A stretch of 64,000 bases of DNA, taken from positions 2,131 through 66,130 of the IMG/VR virus record IMGVR_UViG_3300025168_000077; one strand, given 5' to 3'. The stretch is from a virus (Duplodnaviria > Caudoviricetes). Made by a program: the position numbers and the translations under genes. Of this stretch, positions 29,701 through 39,624 are shown in pieces. Within the stretch, counting starts at the first letter, position 1, and each line of letters starts with the position of its first letter. The notes below the pieces were generated by a model. It ran no database searches and was not told where the DNA came from. It saw only the letters and a program-made list of their open reading frames with translations.

Positions 29701-32700
29701 CTCTAACGCTTCGTTAATTGAAAGAGTGGGTGAAGGTTTATTCAGACAAAAAAGTTACGGGTACAAAAAGGGATCTCACGGGATATACGAGTTTAATCCA
29801 GATGTATTGTCAGATTTTATTGAGGGGGAAGATGCAGCCTTTTTGTCTGGGTTCTTTGATGAGCTACGAGAAGCTGGACTCTTGGTACAAGAGCCAAGTA
29901 GCTGGAAGATAATCGACGAAGCTACCGGTGAGGCTATCTCTGAGGGAGGCGGTCTATCAAGTGTGACGGGCACCGCGCTTCAAAAGTTAGTCGATGATGG
30001 CGTCATCGTACGCTCAGCTGAAGACATAGAGATTGGTCACGCGCTCCAAGTAGGTCCTATCCGCTTTGGTATGGACGCCGACTCAGTCGATCAGGCTATT
30101 GGCGGCTACAACTTTGAGTATGGTGCGGGTTGGATTGATGGTGTTTCTTTCTTCCGATCGGAGGGAAAGAAGACGTCAGTACCGTTCACGGATGATGAGT
30201 TTAGGGTACTTTCTTTAGGCAAGTTCACCCAGTTTACGCATAACCACCCGAACTACTCTTGGTTTTCAGGCGGCACAGGTGACTTAGGGTTTATGCCGTA
30301 CAACAACCTCAACGAGATGCGTGTTGTTTGGCCTGACGGAACGGTGATTAAAATCGAAGCCCCTGACGGCTGGGGCGAGTTAGCTATCAATACCAAGCTC
30401 AACATGACCGACGATTTAGTTGACAGCTTAGACCAGTCTGGTAGAATAAGAAACGCTAGTTTTGAAAAAACCGGGCCTTGGAAGCGACACATCGGTAGTT
30501 TTGTACTCGGACCCTCAAAAAGGAAAGCAAACAGTGCCAGAATCCAAGCAGCCAAAGACAAAACAAGTTTCACAGATCGAGACTGGGCAGTCGTCTACAC
30601 CGAAGAAGCCAACCGACGACTTATCGAGCTTGCCGCCCGAGAAGATTATGGAGTTACTCTACGAATCAGCGTACGACAGCCAGAAGAAAGTCGTAAACTT
30701 GGACTCAGTCGGTCCCGACCTTCCACCGAGCGACTTACCTCGGCATTAGCCCGTGACCAAATAGACATAACAGGTGAAGGCGCAGAGGTATTCTTCCAGG
30801 GCGTTCAGCGTCAACCGGGTGCAGAGTTTAAAGAACTTAGTGACGGTCTAATCGAGCTTACTACCCAGGCTGTTCGCGATGCTGGTGGCGATGGCCTTAC
30901 CTTTAAGATTGCGGATGACGTTCTTTCCATTGACGCTGTCAGCATTCCTTTGGAGCTAAGAGGACGCGGTATTGGCTCTGACCTTTATCGGAACGCCTTG
31001 GAGTTTGCGCGCACTAGAGGCATTGGTTTTGCCAGCGACGTATCTCCTAGCCGAGAAGCTGTTGCTGTTTATGAGCGTTTGATTTCCGAGGGCGTCCCGC
31101 TTACCCGCAAGATTGTTCGCGCTGCGGATGGTGTGATGGTTCGTCAGTACGTAGCTGACGCAGGCGATCTTCGACGAGTAAGCAGACCTGCAACTGATGC
31201 ATCTGATTTCCTGTCTCCAGTCCAGGCTCGGGAGCGCCTTGACGCGGTTAGCGACACCCCACAGTTTAAACAGTGGTTTGGTGATTCAAAAGCCGTTCAT
31301 AGTGATCCAGCTTTTGCAGGGGAGCCGCTGATAGTTTTCCACGGTACCGATCGTACGTTTGATTCTTTCGATTTTAGTCGAACAGGAAACATGGGAAACT
31401 ACTTGGGCAAGGGTGCCTATTTTACGACGGATCAAGATACGGCTAAGCGGTTTGCGAAGGCCTCGGCAGACGAGTTTTTGCCTGACCTCGGCAAGCCTTT
31501 TGAACCCGCCAACAACGTCATTTTAAACAGTGTCTTAAGTGTCCGTAACCCATTTGAGTGGCCTGGCGGTAAGCTTGGCGATGCGGGGACGCTCAGTGGT
31601 TTTATGAGCGGAAAGGGATTGTTACCGGACGAAATCTCAAAAGACGTTTTGGCTAAGCTAAAGATGGGCCCTAATGGGACTTACAAACAGTATGAAACTC
31701 GACTGTTTAATAGTCCAGATGGAAACTGGTATGACGCTGAGCGTAACCTCTATGAAGCTGTGCAAGACGTACTAAAAGAGAAGGGCTACGACGGAGTCAA
31801 GAGAGTGGATCCAGAAACCGGCTCTATAGAGTGGGTTGTGTTTGAGCCGACTCAGATCAAGTTGGTGGAAAACATTGGTACCTTTGACCCGACCGATCCT
31901 CGAATGATGTACCAGACAAGTTTAGAGGGTGCGGCTAAGGGTGCTACTGAGTTCTTGGAAGATGGTAAGGCCATTATCTACGCGCTTGAGCAGCCTGACT
32001 TCACCACACTTGTTCATGAGATGGGCCACATCTTGCGTCGTGACCTCGGTGTAGACGACTTCGAGAAAGTTGGTGGGTGGGTTCAGTCTTTGGGAGCCAA
32101 CGTCCAAATGCGTGCAGGTCGCTTTATCGGAGACCCCGAAGAAGTGCGTAAGGCGGAAGAGTTCTTTGCCGAGGCATTTGAGCAGTACATTAAAAATGGC
32201 GAACCTCCCGTCGAGGAGCTGAGAACCGCGTTTGAGAGAATGGCTGACTTTATGACGCAGGCAGTTCAGTACTTGCTGCCCAACGCTAAAGTGACCCCTG
32301 AAATGAAACAAGTCTTCGATGACCTGTTGATCAACGCTAAACCAGACGAGTCTTTGCTGCCTCGTGTTGCCCGCATGGTCAAAGAAACCATTCTGGGAGG
32401 TGCATCTGGTGCAGAGTTTGACACCGTCAAAGCCATCTCGGACGAGGCTCTAAGACTGGGTATTGACAATGCTGATTACGACACGTTGATCAAGCAGCTC
32501 GAAGACACAGGTAAGATTAAACTGGACGGTAAGATCTTTGCGGATCGATACCAGTCAGCGGAAGAAGGTGTGTCTGCGGGTATGGACGAGTTCTCTTCGG
32601 CTGAGCTTGCCCAGCTTCGTAAGAACATGCAGGCTGAAATAGAGACGGCTCGGATCTCAAAGATGGAAGTGGGTACTTCAGCGGCAACAAGCTCGTTTTC

Positions 32701-35700
32701 TCAGGCGATCAAAGAGAAAAACCCATCAGACACAATCGATCAGCTGCTTAGTGGAGATGGTGGGGCGGCTCGCCTGGGGGCCATCGTCAAGTCTTCGTTC
32801 ATTGGCGGCAACGTCACTAAAGATAAAGGTCTGTCCAACCTCCCACCGACTGTACGGCAGCGTATTGAAACAGCCACTCGTCAAGTAAAACAAGGCACCG
32901 CCGAGGGTATTCGATTGGTTGGTGAGGCTACTAACGAAGCCGGAAGAAAGAACCTGGTTGACTTCTTGACGGGAGAAAACGTCGCGTATTTGAAGGGAGG
33001 CCGAACCGTACTTACGTCAGGTCACAACTCTGTTGCAAGTGTGATGAGTGGTGTCCGCAAGTACATTCAGTCTGAGTTGGATCGGGGCGACAACATGAAA
33101 GATTTGGAGGGCTTAGCCAACCACATCGGAGACGGGGGTAAACTCGAATCGTACAGTTTTGGTACTGTTCTTGACGACGTGGGAAAACCGTTTTCAAAAG
33201 GTGCGGGCGAGCTGGCTTGGGAAGCCATGTTTATGTCTAAGAGCGCTCCCAAGTTCTTACAGAACCTGCTTGAGTCAGTGGCCCCGGTCACAAAAAGTGG
33301 GGCTAATGCCCGGCCTAAGGATTGGGCTGACTTTACTGAGATCGTAATGTACTACTCAGGTGCCTCAAAACGAGGCGGTCAAAAGTTTGCAGGCGACGAT
33401 AAGGTACTTGTTGACTCTTTGATGAAAGAAATCGAGGAGTTGTACGACAAGCCATCTTCAATGCGAGTAGCTGTTCTGTTCTCTACTTTTGGTCATGCCG
33501 AACGAGCCCGCATGCTTTGGTCTGAGTTGGGGTTGGCGGTTGACAAGAAGGCGTTTGGGCATTTGACGCGCTGGCTAAACGGGGAAGACATCCCCGCTGA
33601 GAGTGTGCCTGCTGTTAAAAAGCTGGTGGCTCGGTTTGGTCTGAGGACATCTTTCGTCGAAGAGAAACTTCTCGACACGACTTTTTATGTGCCTGCGGCT
33701 GCGCGAAGCCGTCTTAGTGATGCCCTTATGCGAGGGCTGGACCCTGACCTTAAAAAGCAAATGGGCGGAAAAGGGGGCATCCTTAAATCAGAGAATGACA
33801 TAGCCGGAGTTAGCGGCGCTCTTTTGAGGTACAACAAACTTCGTATGACTCGCGGTGGGGTTGCGTTGAGGCAGCGCTACTTCTTGATGAACACCATCGA
33901 CCACTTTGCTCAGATGTTGATGATCAACGGGTTGGGTCCTGCGGTCGGTTCGACACTTCGAGTTATCACTCAAGATGTGCTGGTGCTTCCTGGTGTAGCT
34001 AGAACAATCGACACGCTTTCCAGAACAGGCGCGATTTCACCTGAAGCAGCTGAGAAAGTCCGTAAGGGTCTTCAGAAGGGAGGCGACAAGCTCGCTAAGT
34101 GGTTCTCCGGGGCGAAGTACAACATCAACATCAACCCCATCTTGGAGGGTGACACAGGGTTCGTTACTTTGGGCGGAAACGTTTACACGAATAAAGAGCT
34201 TCGTGACATCGCCGTCGAGGAAGGAATCTTTGCAAGCTTTGACACAACTCAGTTGAGCAACTCAGTTCAACGAGCTGGCCGCACGATGATAAATGATCGT
34301 GGTCAAGAGTTGAGTAAGCTGGGTAAGGGTAAAAGTGTCGCATCTCATTACGCGTCTCAAACAAGCGACTTTCTGACTCAGGTTGTAGCGGACACATCCG
34401 AGGCGTGGGGAGAACGTGAGCGCCTGGGAGCCATGATTTCTTTGATGGAAACGGGCATGGCACCTCGAACTGCGGCACGTTTAACCATTGACGCTCTCTA
34501 CGACTACGCGGGTAGTATGAGTAAGATGGACAGGGCTTGGTTTGTCAGCTTGGCTCTACCTTTCTGGGCGTTCCAAAAGAATGCAAACCGTCAGTTTCTC
34601 GACACTTTGTTCAGCCCCTCGGGCGTTTACCGGATGGGAGTGATCCGCAGAGGGACAGAGCGAAGCGCCGATGCGTTGACTGAAATCATGTGGTCTTCAG
34701 TGTCAGACGAATACGGTGTCGATCAACGAGCCATGGAAGAGAACGCGCCTGAGTTGTACCAAGATTACATGTTCTTGAAAAAGCAAATTGAGGATGGCTA
34801 CAAAGGTAACGTCCCCGAGGACGTAAGAATCGGCATGAACCAATGGCTCAGGGGAGAATCTTCATCTCTTGTAGACGGCGGGCTGTACGAGCCAACTATG
34901 GCGGCTGCGCCCGATGAGATGTCTCTTGGGGGCATACCTAAACGTTACGCTGATTTTGTTCGACCCCTACCCTCTCGTTCTTCAAGAGCCCACTACATGA
35001 GGGACAGAGCCGGTGTGTTGGTTCCTTTTTCCCTTAAAGAAAAAGCTACTCGCGAGTACTACAACGCAATCCGAAACAGTAAGAAAGATCACGGATACGC
35101 TGAAGTGTTCTTTCCTGACTCTACAATCAACGCCGGAATGCGCCACATGTCTAACATGGCCGCTTTCTACATATTGGCGGGTACCAAGGGCTTAAATCTA
35201 CTGACTGACTTTGACGAAGGTCTGAGTGAAGTGACTCTGCGAGAGCAACTGTTTCGGGTTGCGGATCTTGAAAGAGCCCCTCTCATTGGAGACACCGCCA
35301 AGGCTATTACAGGCATCGACGGCTACCCTCGAAGAGTACACCCATTCTTGAAAGACATTTTCGAGAACACGTTTGCGGGCGCTGACATGCTCCAGTTTGA
35401 AGCGAAAGATGACATCTACAGCCCGATTGATATGAGGGAAGGTGTCGAGTACCAAGAGAAGCGGGCTTACATGTTTCCCGGTGCGTTTTCGATTGCTTTC
35501 GAGAACACCCTGGGCGAACTCAACAACTTGCTGTACGACATGGATCCGGCTCTCAGCCTAGTAGGAGGAGAAGGTCGCGGTAGGACGAGTCCCGCAGAGA
35601 GAGCCGCTCAGGTTAGGCTTCTTCAGTGGGCACGAAGTATTGTCGGGGCTCAGATTGTAGAATCTTCCCCTGATCAAACGGCATCACGAGAAAGTACGAA

Positions 35701-35731
35701 GCGCCTAATCGAAACGGATAAACCCGACTAA
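26762..35731 (+). CDS. Giant polyvalent ejection protein (JAB-like, GNAT, ADP-ribosyltransferase, zincin metallopeptidase)
   Basis: THNHP...FSGGTGD; ELRGRGIGSDLY; FKQWFGDSK...HGT...GAYFT...GYDG...EWVVFEPTQIK; LVHEMGH...EEFFAEAFE. Confidence 0.85.
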   Translation: MAETEVESTTPEEPKTETPSSDIPLEFLKNPDPKAVDAFVKSKKKLTDDIDVDDFVYELDSQVKQLGEDKTRLDTAVQEAINRYSTARGMDSADFEQQMFKQDVNPLVMASDLSQGKQRVDVIEGIKSRTLAGLTKEERKRDVRKSSILDIARQRGKAKIGRTIEETGEMAVELMFDDDQARFDETKDAGLFGTSLEGADRPKIIPKKGDIAYQEFSQINEMMERLAAEGDENTRKMVELRDKYKDAEQGASDYVEKRIDSILRARGIFRPRALGGNEADEFIKQGRQDELTQLNKKAERYDTARSLATKQAIKEIATWKTLGLWTAPSFYRYSDVDFNDPNKEVSFSEALSPTVEIVGLDRNGKPVLRGQGAMQWGFEINDFIQSALVGAFNEDHADLGQRMLKGIAKRRNFFELALDSEAAKTNTGAKIALGGAGFLAAVLIPDLTFGAASVGKASKLKLGKFIKKGKLLDIANQHEEAAVMFAKALQSGDREQMRIAGQLGASLRGRFKVVMDRVDQSDFDAARRLARNNPDILGSKGRELADKLPGRLGDEKMNLHPSMRRRLAREGGGETVTDLAETGMKEAGEELSSALPRRVDLGPQGPQRAGGIGYDEVYKFDDLLDEVDKMRALVDAQDGSIYSRFIRDRVMGGGTGPYSRLFKLTNEAAEIVGEESAGQLIKAFKDFDLMGRDRDAYIIKTGKLIRSTLKGKGKKADELLEKFIEPQEGDRFGAFGQLTKAAQDAIKEAGDFDEMGKLIDRAEEAINTNIESRAIAHAFDRSLIHGELGSKSSPIIVDSVAKVKEIKELSDEGIAFMDQAIDLFKVSKDEAIEASRIFDLASVRWANKTGRDPSEWWSTRLKGLKTKDDFMKQFGITDSESVFSSVYHPAYQAQAALPAGYRLVGVGKTAARLVGNPSAVRRDLINWLTKNYPEVNLGDRPFGNADVRVTIDDDVIIPLTEGPLRPAPDKEVIFRLLNTNSNASLIERVGEGLFRQKSYGYKKGSHGIYEFNPDVLSDFIEGEDAAFLSGFFDELREAGLLVQEPSSWKIIDEATGEAISEGGGLSSVTGTALQKLVDDGVIVRSAEDIEIGHALQVGPIRFGMDADSVDQAIGGYNFEYGAGWIDGVSFFRSEGKKTSVPFTDDEFRVLSLGKFTQFTHNHPNYSWFSGGTGDLGFMPYNNLNEMRVVWPDGTVIKIEAPDGWGELAINTKLNMTDDLVDSLDQSGRIRNASFEKTGPWKRHIGSFVLGPSKRKANSARIQAAKDKTSFTDRDWAVVYTEEANRRLIELAAREDYGVTLRISVRQPEESRKLGLSRSRPSTERLTSALARDQIDITGEGAEVFFQGVQRQPGAEFKELSDGLIELTTQAVRDAGGDGLTFKIADDVLSIDAVSIPLELRGRGIGSDLYRNALEFARTRGIGFASDVSPSREAVAVYERLISEGVPLTRKIVRAADGVMVRQYVADAGDLRRVSRPATDASDFLSPVQARERLDAVSDTPQFKQWFGDSKAVHSDPAFAGEPLIVFHGTDRTFDSFDFSRTGNMGNYLGKGAYFTTDQDTAKRFAKASADEFLPDLGKPFEPANNVILNSVLSVRNPFEWPGGKLGDAGTLSGFMSGKGLLPDEISKDVLAKLKMGPNGTYKQYETRLFNSPDGNWYDAERNLYEAVQDVLKEKGYDGVKRVDPETGSIEWVVFEPTQIKLVENIGTFDPTDPRMMYQTSLEGAAKGATEFLEDGKAIIYALEQPDFTTLVHEMGHILRRDLGVDDFEKVGGWVQSLGANVQMRAGRFIGDPEEVRKAEEFFAEAFEQYIKNGEPPVEELRTAFERMADFMTQAVQYLLPNAKVTPEMKQVFDDLLINAKPDESLLPRVARMVKETILGGASGAEFDTVKAISDEALRLGIDNADYDTLIKQLEDTGKIKLDGKIFADRYQSAEEGVSAGMDEFSSAELAQLRKNMQAEIETARISKMEVGTSAATSSFSQAIKEKNPSDTIDQLLSGDGGAARLGAIVKSSFIGGNVTKDKGLSNLPPTVRQRIETATRQVKQGTAEGIRLVGEATNEAGRKNLVDFLTGENVAYLKGGRTVLTSGHNSVASVMSGVRKYIQSELDRGDNMKDLEGLANHIGDGGKLESYSFGTVLDDVGKPFSKGAGELAWEAMFMSKSAPKFLQNLLESVAPVTKSGANARPKDWADFTEIVMYYSGASKRGGQKFAGDDKVLVDSLMKEIEELYDKPSSMRVAVLFSTFGHAERARMLWSELGLAVDKKAFGHLTRWLNGEDIPAESVPAVKKLVARFGLRTSFVEEKLLDTTFYVPAAARSRLSDALMRGLDPDLKKQMGGKGGILKSENDIAGVSGALLRYNKLRMTRGGVALRQRYFLMNTIDHFAQMLMINGLGPAVGSTLRVITQDVLVLPGVARTIDTLSRTGAISPEAAEKVRKGLQKGGDKLAKWFSGAKYNININPILEGDTGFVTLGGNVYTNKELRDIAVEEGIFASFDTTQLSNSVQRAGRTMINDRGQELSKLGKGKSVASHYASQTSDFLTQVVADTSEAWGERERLGAMISLMETGMAPRTAARLTIDALYDYAGSMSKMDRAWFVSLALPFWAFQKNANRQFLDTLFSPSGVYRMGVIRRGTERSADALTEIMWSSVSDEYGVDQRAMEENAPELYQDYMFLKKQIEDGYKGNVPEDVRIGMNQWLRGESSSLVDGGLYEPTMAAAPDEMSLGGIPKRYADFVRPLPSRSSRAHYMRDRAGVLVPFSLKEKATREYYNAIRNSKKDHGYAEVFFPDSTINAGMRHMSNMAAFYILAGTKGLNLLTDFDEGLSEVTLREQLFRVADLERAPLIGDTAKAITGIDGYPRRVHPFLKDIFENTFAGADMLQFEAKDDIYSPIDMREGVEYQEKRAYMFPGAFSIAFENTLGELNNLLYDMDPALSLVGGEGRGRTSPAERAAQVRLLQWARSIVGAQIVESSPDQTASRESTKRLIETDKPD

Positions 35732-36228
35732 TGTCACGACCCGACAAATCACTGAAAGTAAGTCGGCCATCACTGGTGACCAACGGACTATTGCGATTTG
35801 ACGGAACCGGTTTGTCTTGCCCCGCAAAGAACACACCGACTTTGGACGCAGAGGGAAACTTAACAATCAACGGTCGATTGAATCAACGATCGTCTTCCGT
35901 CAAAGTTACCGATCGTCACTCTCACCAGATGCTGCCTGACTACACGTTGGTGTTGGTTGACAGTAGTAAAGGCGATGTCACTTTGACTTTGCCCGCTGTC
36001 CACGAAGCTCAACTAAACACTGAGTACACCATTAAAGATTCTGGGGGACGCGCAGCTGCGTGCCCCATCGTTGTCCAAACCGCGTCTCAACGAGACATGA
36101 TTCAGACTGGTCACTCGTTTAAGATCACGCGCGACTATGGTATGGTCAAACTACTCAGCGATGGGTCTCAATGGCTGATTATGTCTGAGGTGACTCAACT
36201 CCGACCATGGCGTGTCCGGTTCGTCTAA
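35731..36228 (+). CDS. Fibre-associated small beta protein
   Basis: VDSSKGDVTLTLP...YTIKDSGG...SDGSQW, typical of fibre C-terminal domains. Confidence 0.55.
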   Translation: MSRPDKSLKVSRPSLVTNGLLRFDGTGLSCPAKNTPTLDAEGNLTINGRLNQRSSSVKVTDRHSHQMLPDYTLVLVDSSKGDVTLTLPAVHEAQLNTEYTIKDSGGRAAACPIVVQTASQRDMIQTGHSFKITRDYGMVKLLSDGSQWLIMSEVTQLRPWRVRFV

Positions 36229-36288
36229 GTTTAGCGCCGGCAACTTCTAACTAACCTTGTTACTCTTCAAACATCTTCGAGGTAAATC

Positions 36289-36792
36289 ATGAGCCAAGTA
36301 GCACGCTATGGCGGGTTTCAAACTTCAGGCATTGCGACCGTTGTCACTTCCCTTCCCGCAGCAATCGACACCACCCCAACTGCGGCGGAGATGATTGCTT
36401 TTAAAGTACCCGCACTCACCACGTTTATTAGTAGCATTGAAGTACAAGTAGACTCCATCGCTTCCTCTGCGGCCAGCCTTAAGATTGCTGTCTTTCGGGA
36501 TGCTGCTGGCGATGAGCCTGTGATTGGCAATGGTCCTTCTGACGCTACTCAGACGCTGACGACGGGACTTACTGAATCCACTGATGGCGGCTGTGCCTGG
36601 TCTGTAGGCGTTGACGTACACGGCCTTCCCGCTGGCGCTGCCGGAAGCACTACTGCTGGTAGTGTGATTACACGTCCTGGTGTTGAATCCTCGGTAGGAC
36701 CTACACACAACGATCAGACTTTGTACTTGTCTTTGGCGACTAACACTGGAACATGCCGAGTTTCGCGTCTTGTAGTTAACTGGCGAGCTTAG
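36289..36792 (+). CDS. Small virion beta-sandwich protein
   Basis: Thr/Ala/Ser-rich; GAGGT RBS. Confidence 0.55.
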   Translation: MSQVARYGGFQTSGIATVVTSLPAAIDTTPTAAEMIAFKVPALTTFISSIEVQVDSIASSAASLKIAVFRDAAGDEPVIGNGPSDATQTLTTGLTESTDGGCAWSVGVDVHGLPAGAAGSTTAGSVITRPGVESSVGPTHNDQTLYLSLATNTGTCRVSRLVVNWRA

Positions 36793-36801
36793 GGAGCAAT
36801 C

Positions 36802-39624
36802 ATGGGTGGATCAATCTACGGTAACAGCACAGTCCTCATCGACCTTGAGGTTGACGGTGACACCCTAACCATTGATGCGACTAACGATCGAGTCGGTATC
36901 AATACGGCATCGCCATCAACAACGCTTGATGTAACGGGCGCCGCTACCATCTCGGGTGTGCTCGACCTCAACGATACTACTGACTCAAGTAGTAAAACTA
37001 CAGGCGCAGTTAAGGTTGCCGGTGGTGTCGGTATTGAGAAGAAGTTGTTTGTCGGTACCGATCTTGCTGTTGATGGAGTTTCAAACCTCGACAACACCGA
37101 CATCGATGGAAGTCTGACCGTAGACGGAGCCATCGACCTAAACGCGACTACACTCGATATTGATGCGTCCGCAGCAGTCACTATTGACGGTGCAGGAGTC
37201 TCAATCGACTCCGCAGGTGTTGCCGCAAACTTCACAGTAGCTTCCGATGGCGCGGGTGAAGATCTTACAATCGCCGTTACCGGTGCAACAGACTCCAGTG
37301 TTGTGATCAGTTCGACGGGTACGGGTGCCGATGCGATTAACATCGACACAACCGCTGGAAGTATCGACATCGATTCAGCCGACAACATTACCGTTGGTGC
37401 TGCTGATGAGATTTCCCTGACGACTACATCGGCTGATGGTCACATTACTCTGGCATCAGCTCATACAGCGGGTGTTGCGCTTCATATCGACGCAGACGCG
37501 AACGCTGGCTCCATCGTAGACGTTGACGCGGGTATTCTCGATGTCGATGTAACGGGTGTTGCGAGCATCGATTCTGGTGGAACCCTGAGCTTGGCTACAG
37601 CCAACAGCGGTGTAGCGGTCTCTATCGGTCACACAACGTCAGAGACCACGGTCAACGACAACCTGACTGTGACTGGCGACCTGACCGTTAATGGTACAAC
37701 GACCACGATCAACTCCACGACGCTTACTGTGGACGATAAAGTTGTCGTTATCGCTTCTGGTGCTGGGGATTCTGCTGCCGCTGACGGGGCCGGAATCTCG
37801 GTTGATGGCGCAAGTGCTACGTTCCTGTACGACCACACTGGCACTCAGTGGGAAATGAACAAGCCTCTTGAGGTAACGGGTGCGATTGCGTCTACGAGCA
37901 CTGTTACGGCTACTGGCTTTACTATTGGCAGCGCAGTCATTGCTGAAGCTGAACTGGAACAGATCGATGGTATTACTGCGGGAACGGTTGCCGCAAGCAA
38001 AGCCGTCGTCGTTGATTCGGACAAAGACGCTTCAGGCTTCCGAAACATCACACTGACGGGGGAGTTGGACGCTGGGTCACTGGACATCAGTGGTGACGCT
38101 GACATCGATGGTACGCTTGAGGCTGACGCGATTACGGTCAACGGAACTGCCTTGGCCACAGTTATTGCTGGTACAACGGTGAATACTGCGACCAACTGCA
38201 CCAACGCTACCAATGCAACCAACGCAACAAACGCGGTTCACGTTTCAGTTGCTGACAATGAAAGCACCGACGAAAACAACCTGATCACATTCATTGAAGA
38301 TGCATCGGCTACGGGCAACGTCGGGCTTGAGTCAGATGGAGACTTCCACTACAACCCAAGTTCCGGTACAGTTACGGCCACAGTCTTCAAGGGAAACATT
38401 GATGCCGTAGACGGTGACTTCGACGGGACTCTGGAAGCCGATGCCATCACTGTAGGTGGAACTGCGCTCAACACGGTGATTGCAGGTGTCACAGTTACCA
38501 ACGCAACAAACGCGGTAAACTCTACGCACGTCACGGTTGCTGACAACGAAAGCACCAACGAGGAAAACCTCATCCCGTTTATCGAGGATGCTTCTGCCAC
38601 TGGTAACGTTGGGCTTGAGTCAGACGGTGATTTCGCGTACAACCCAAGTACAGGGACCGTCACGGCCACCATTTTTAAGGGCAACATCGACGCTGTAGAT
38701 GGAGACTTTGATGGCACACTTGAGGCTGACGCAATCACGGTTGGTGGTACAAACCTCCTGACTGGTGGCGTGGTTACATCGCTCGGTACGATTACTCAAG
38801 ACACCGTTACGTTTACATCTACCAACGCCAACGACCCTCAAGTGTTCATCAAGAACACCACCAACGATGCCAGTGGTCCTGTACTCGTGCTTGAGAAAGA
38901 TCGTGGCGGCAACAACGGCGCTGACAACGACATCTGCGGAATCATCGAGTTCAAAGGAACTGATGACGCTTCAGCCCAGACCACTTTTGCGCTGGTGTCA
39001 GCCACCGTAAAGGATGCAAGCAACGGTGCCGAAGGTGGTGAGTTCGGGGTTGAAGTTGCCACTCACGATGGCGAGATGCAGTTTGGTCTGAAGATTACTG
39101 ACGGAGACGCCGAAGACGAACTTGATGTTGAGATTGGTAGCGGCATTGACTCTGTGACAACTGCTGCGGGATACCTCAAGGGAGCCAACGGACTGTTGGT
39201 TCCAGAAGGTAAGTCGATGCACATCGAAACACCGATGTTGGCATCGAACGACCATTCTGCTACCGGCATCACTACTTTGATGACCACAAGTGAAGCCATT
39301 GCTCAGTTCGATCTGGTTTACGTTTCAGGTGATGGAACAATCGGCAAGGCAGACTCAGACGGAGTCGCTAAAATGCCTGCAATCGGAATTGCAGTTGCGG
39401 CGATTAACTCAGGGCAACCCGGAGTTATCTTGCTTCGAGGCATGCTTCGAGATGACAGCTTTGGCTTTACAGCAGGGAACAGGGTGTTTGTCTCTGGTTC
39501 AAGTACTCTGACGGCTACTGCACCAAGTGCCAACAATGCCGTAGCTCAAGCAGTCGGTGTGGCCCTTGAGCCAGACGTTATCTACTTCAGCCCTGACATG
39601 ACTTTGGTGGAGATCACTGCCTAA
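36802..39624 (+). CDS. Long fibre protein with C-terminal decoration-like domain
   Basis: G/T/D/A-rich beta repeats (GAVKVAGGVGIEKKLFVG, NLTVTGDLTVNGTTTT); C-terminal EAIAQFDLVYV...PAIGIA. Confidence 0.8.
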   Translation: MGGSIYGNSTVLIDLEVDGDTLTIDATNDRVGINTASPSTTLDVTGAATISGVLDLNDTTDSSSKTTGAVKVAGGVGIEKKLFVGTDLAVDGVSNLDNTDIDGSLTVDGAIDLNATTLDIDASAAVTIDGAGVSIDSAGVAANFTVASDGAGEDLTIAVTGATDSSVVISSTGTGADAINIDTTAGSIDIDSADNITVGAADEISLTTTSADGHITLASAHTAGVALHIDADANAGSIVDVDAGILDVDVTGVASIDSGGTLSLATANSGVAVSIGHTTSETTVNDNLTVTGDLTVNGTTTTINSTTLTVDDKVVVIASGAGDSAAADGAGISVDGASATFLYDHTGTQWEMNKPLEVTGAIASTSTVTATGFTIGSAVIAEAELEQIDGITAGTVAASKAVVVDSDKDASGFRNITLTGELDAGSLDISGDADIDGTLEADAITVNGTALATVIAGTTVNTATNCTNATNATNATNAVHVSVADNESTDENNLITFIEDASATGNVGLESDGDFHYNPSSGTVTATVFKGNIDAVDGDFDGTLEADAITVGGTALNTVIAGVTVTNATNAVNSTHVTVADNESTNEENLIPFIEDASATGNVGLESDGDFAYNPSTGTVTATIFKGNIDAVDGDFDGTLEADAITVGGTNLLTGGVVTSLGTITQDTVTFTSTNANDPQVFIKNTTNDASGPVLVLEKDRGGNNGADNDICGIIEFKGTDDASAQTTFALVSATVKDASNGAEGGEFGVEVATHDGEMQFGLKITDGDAEDELDVEIGSGIDSVTTAAGYLKGANGLLVPEGKSMHIETPMLASNDHSATGITTLMTTSEAIAQFDLVYVSGDGTIGKADSDGVAKMPAIGIAVAAINSGQPGVILLRGMLRDDSFGFTAGNRVFVSGSSTLTATAPSANNAVAQAVGVALEPDVIYFSPDMTLVEITA
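38221..38750 (+). repeat. Tandem duplication of about 280 bp inside the fibre gene
   Basis: VADNEST.E.NLI.FIEDASATGNVGLESDGDF.YNPS.GTVTAT.FKGNIDAVDGDFDGTLEADAITVGG occurs twice. Confidence 0.9.
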
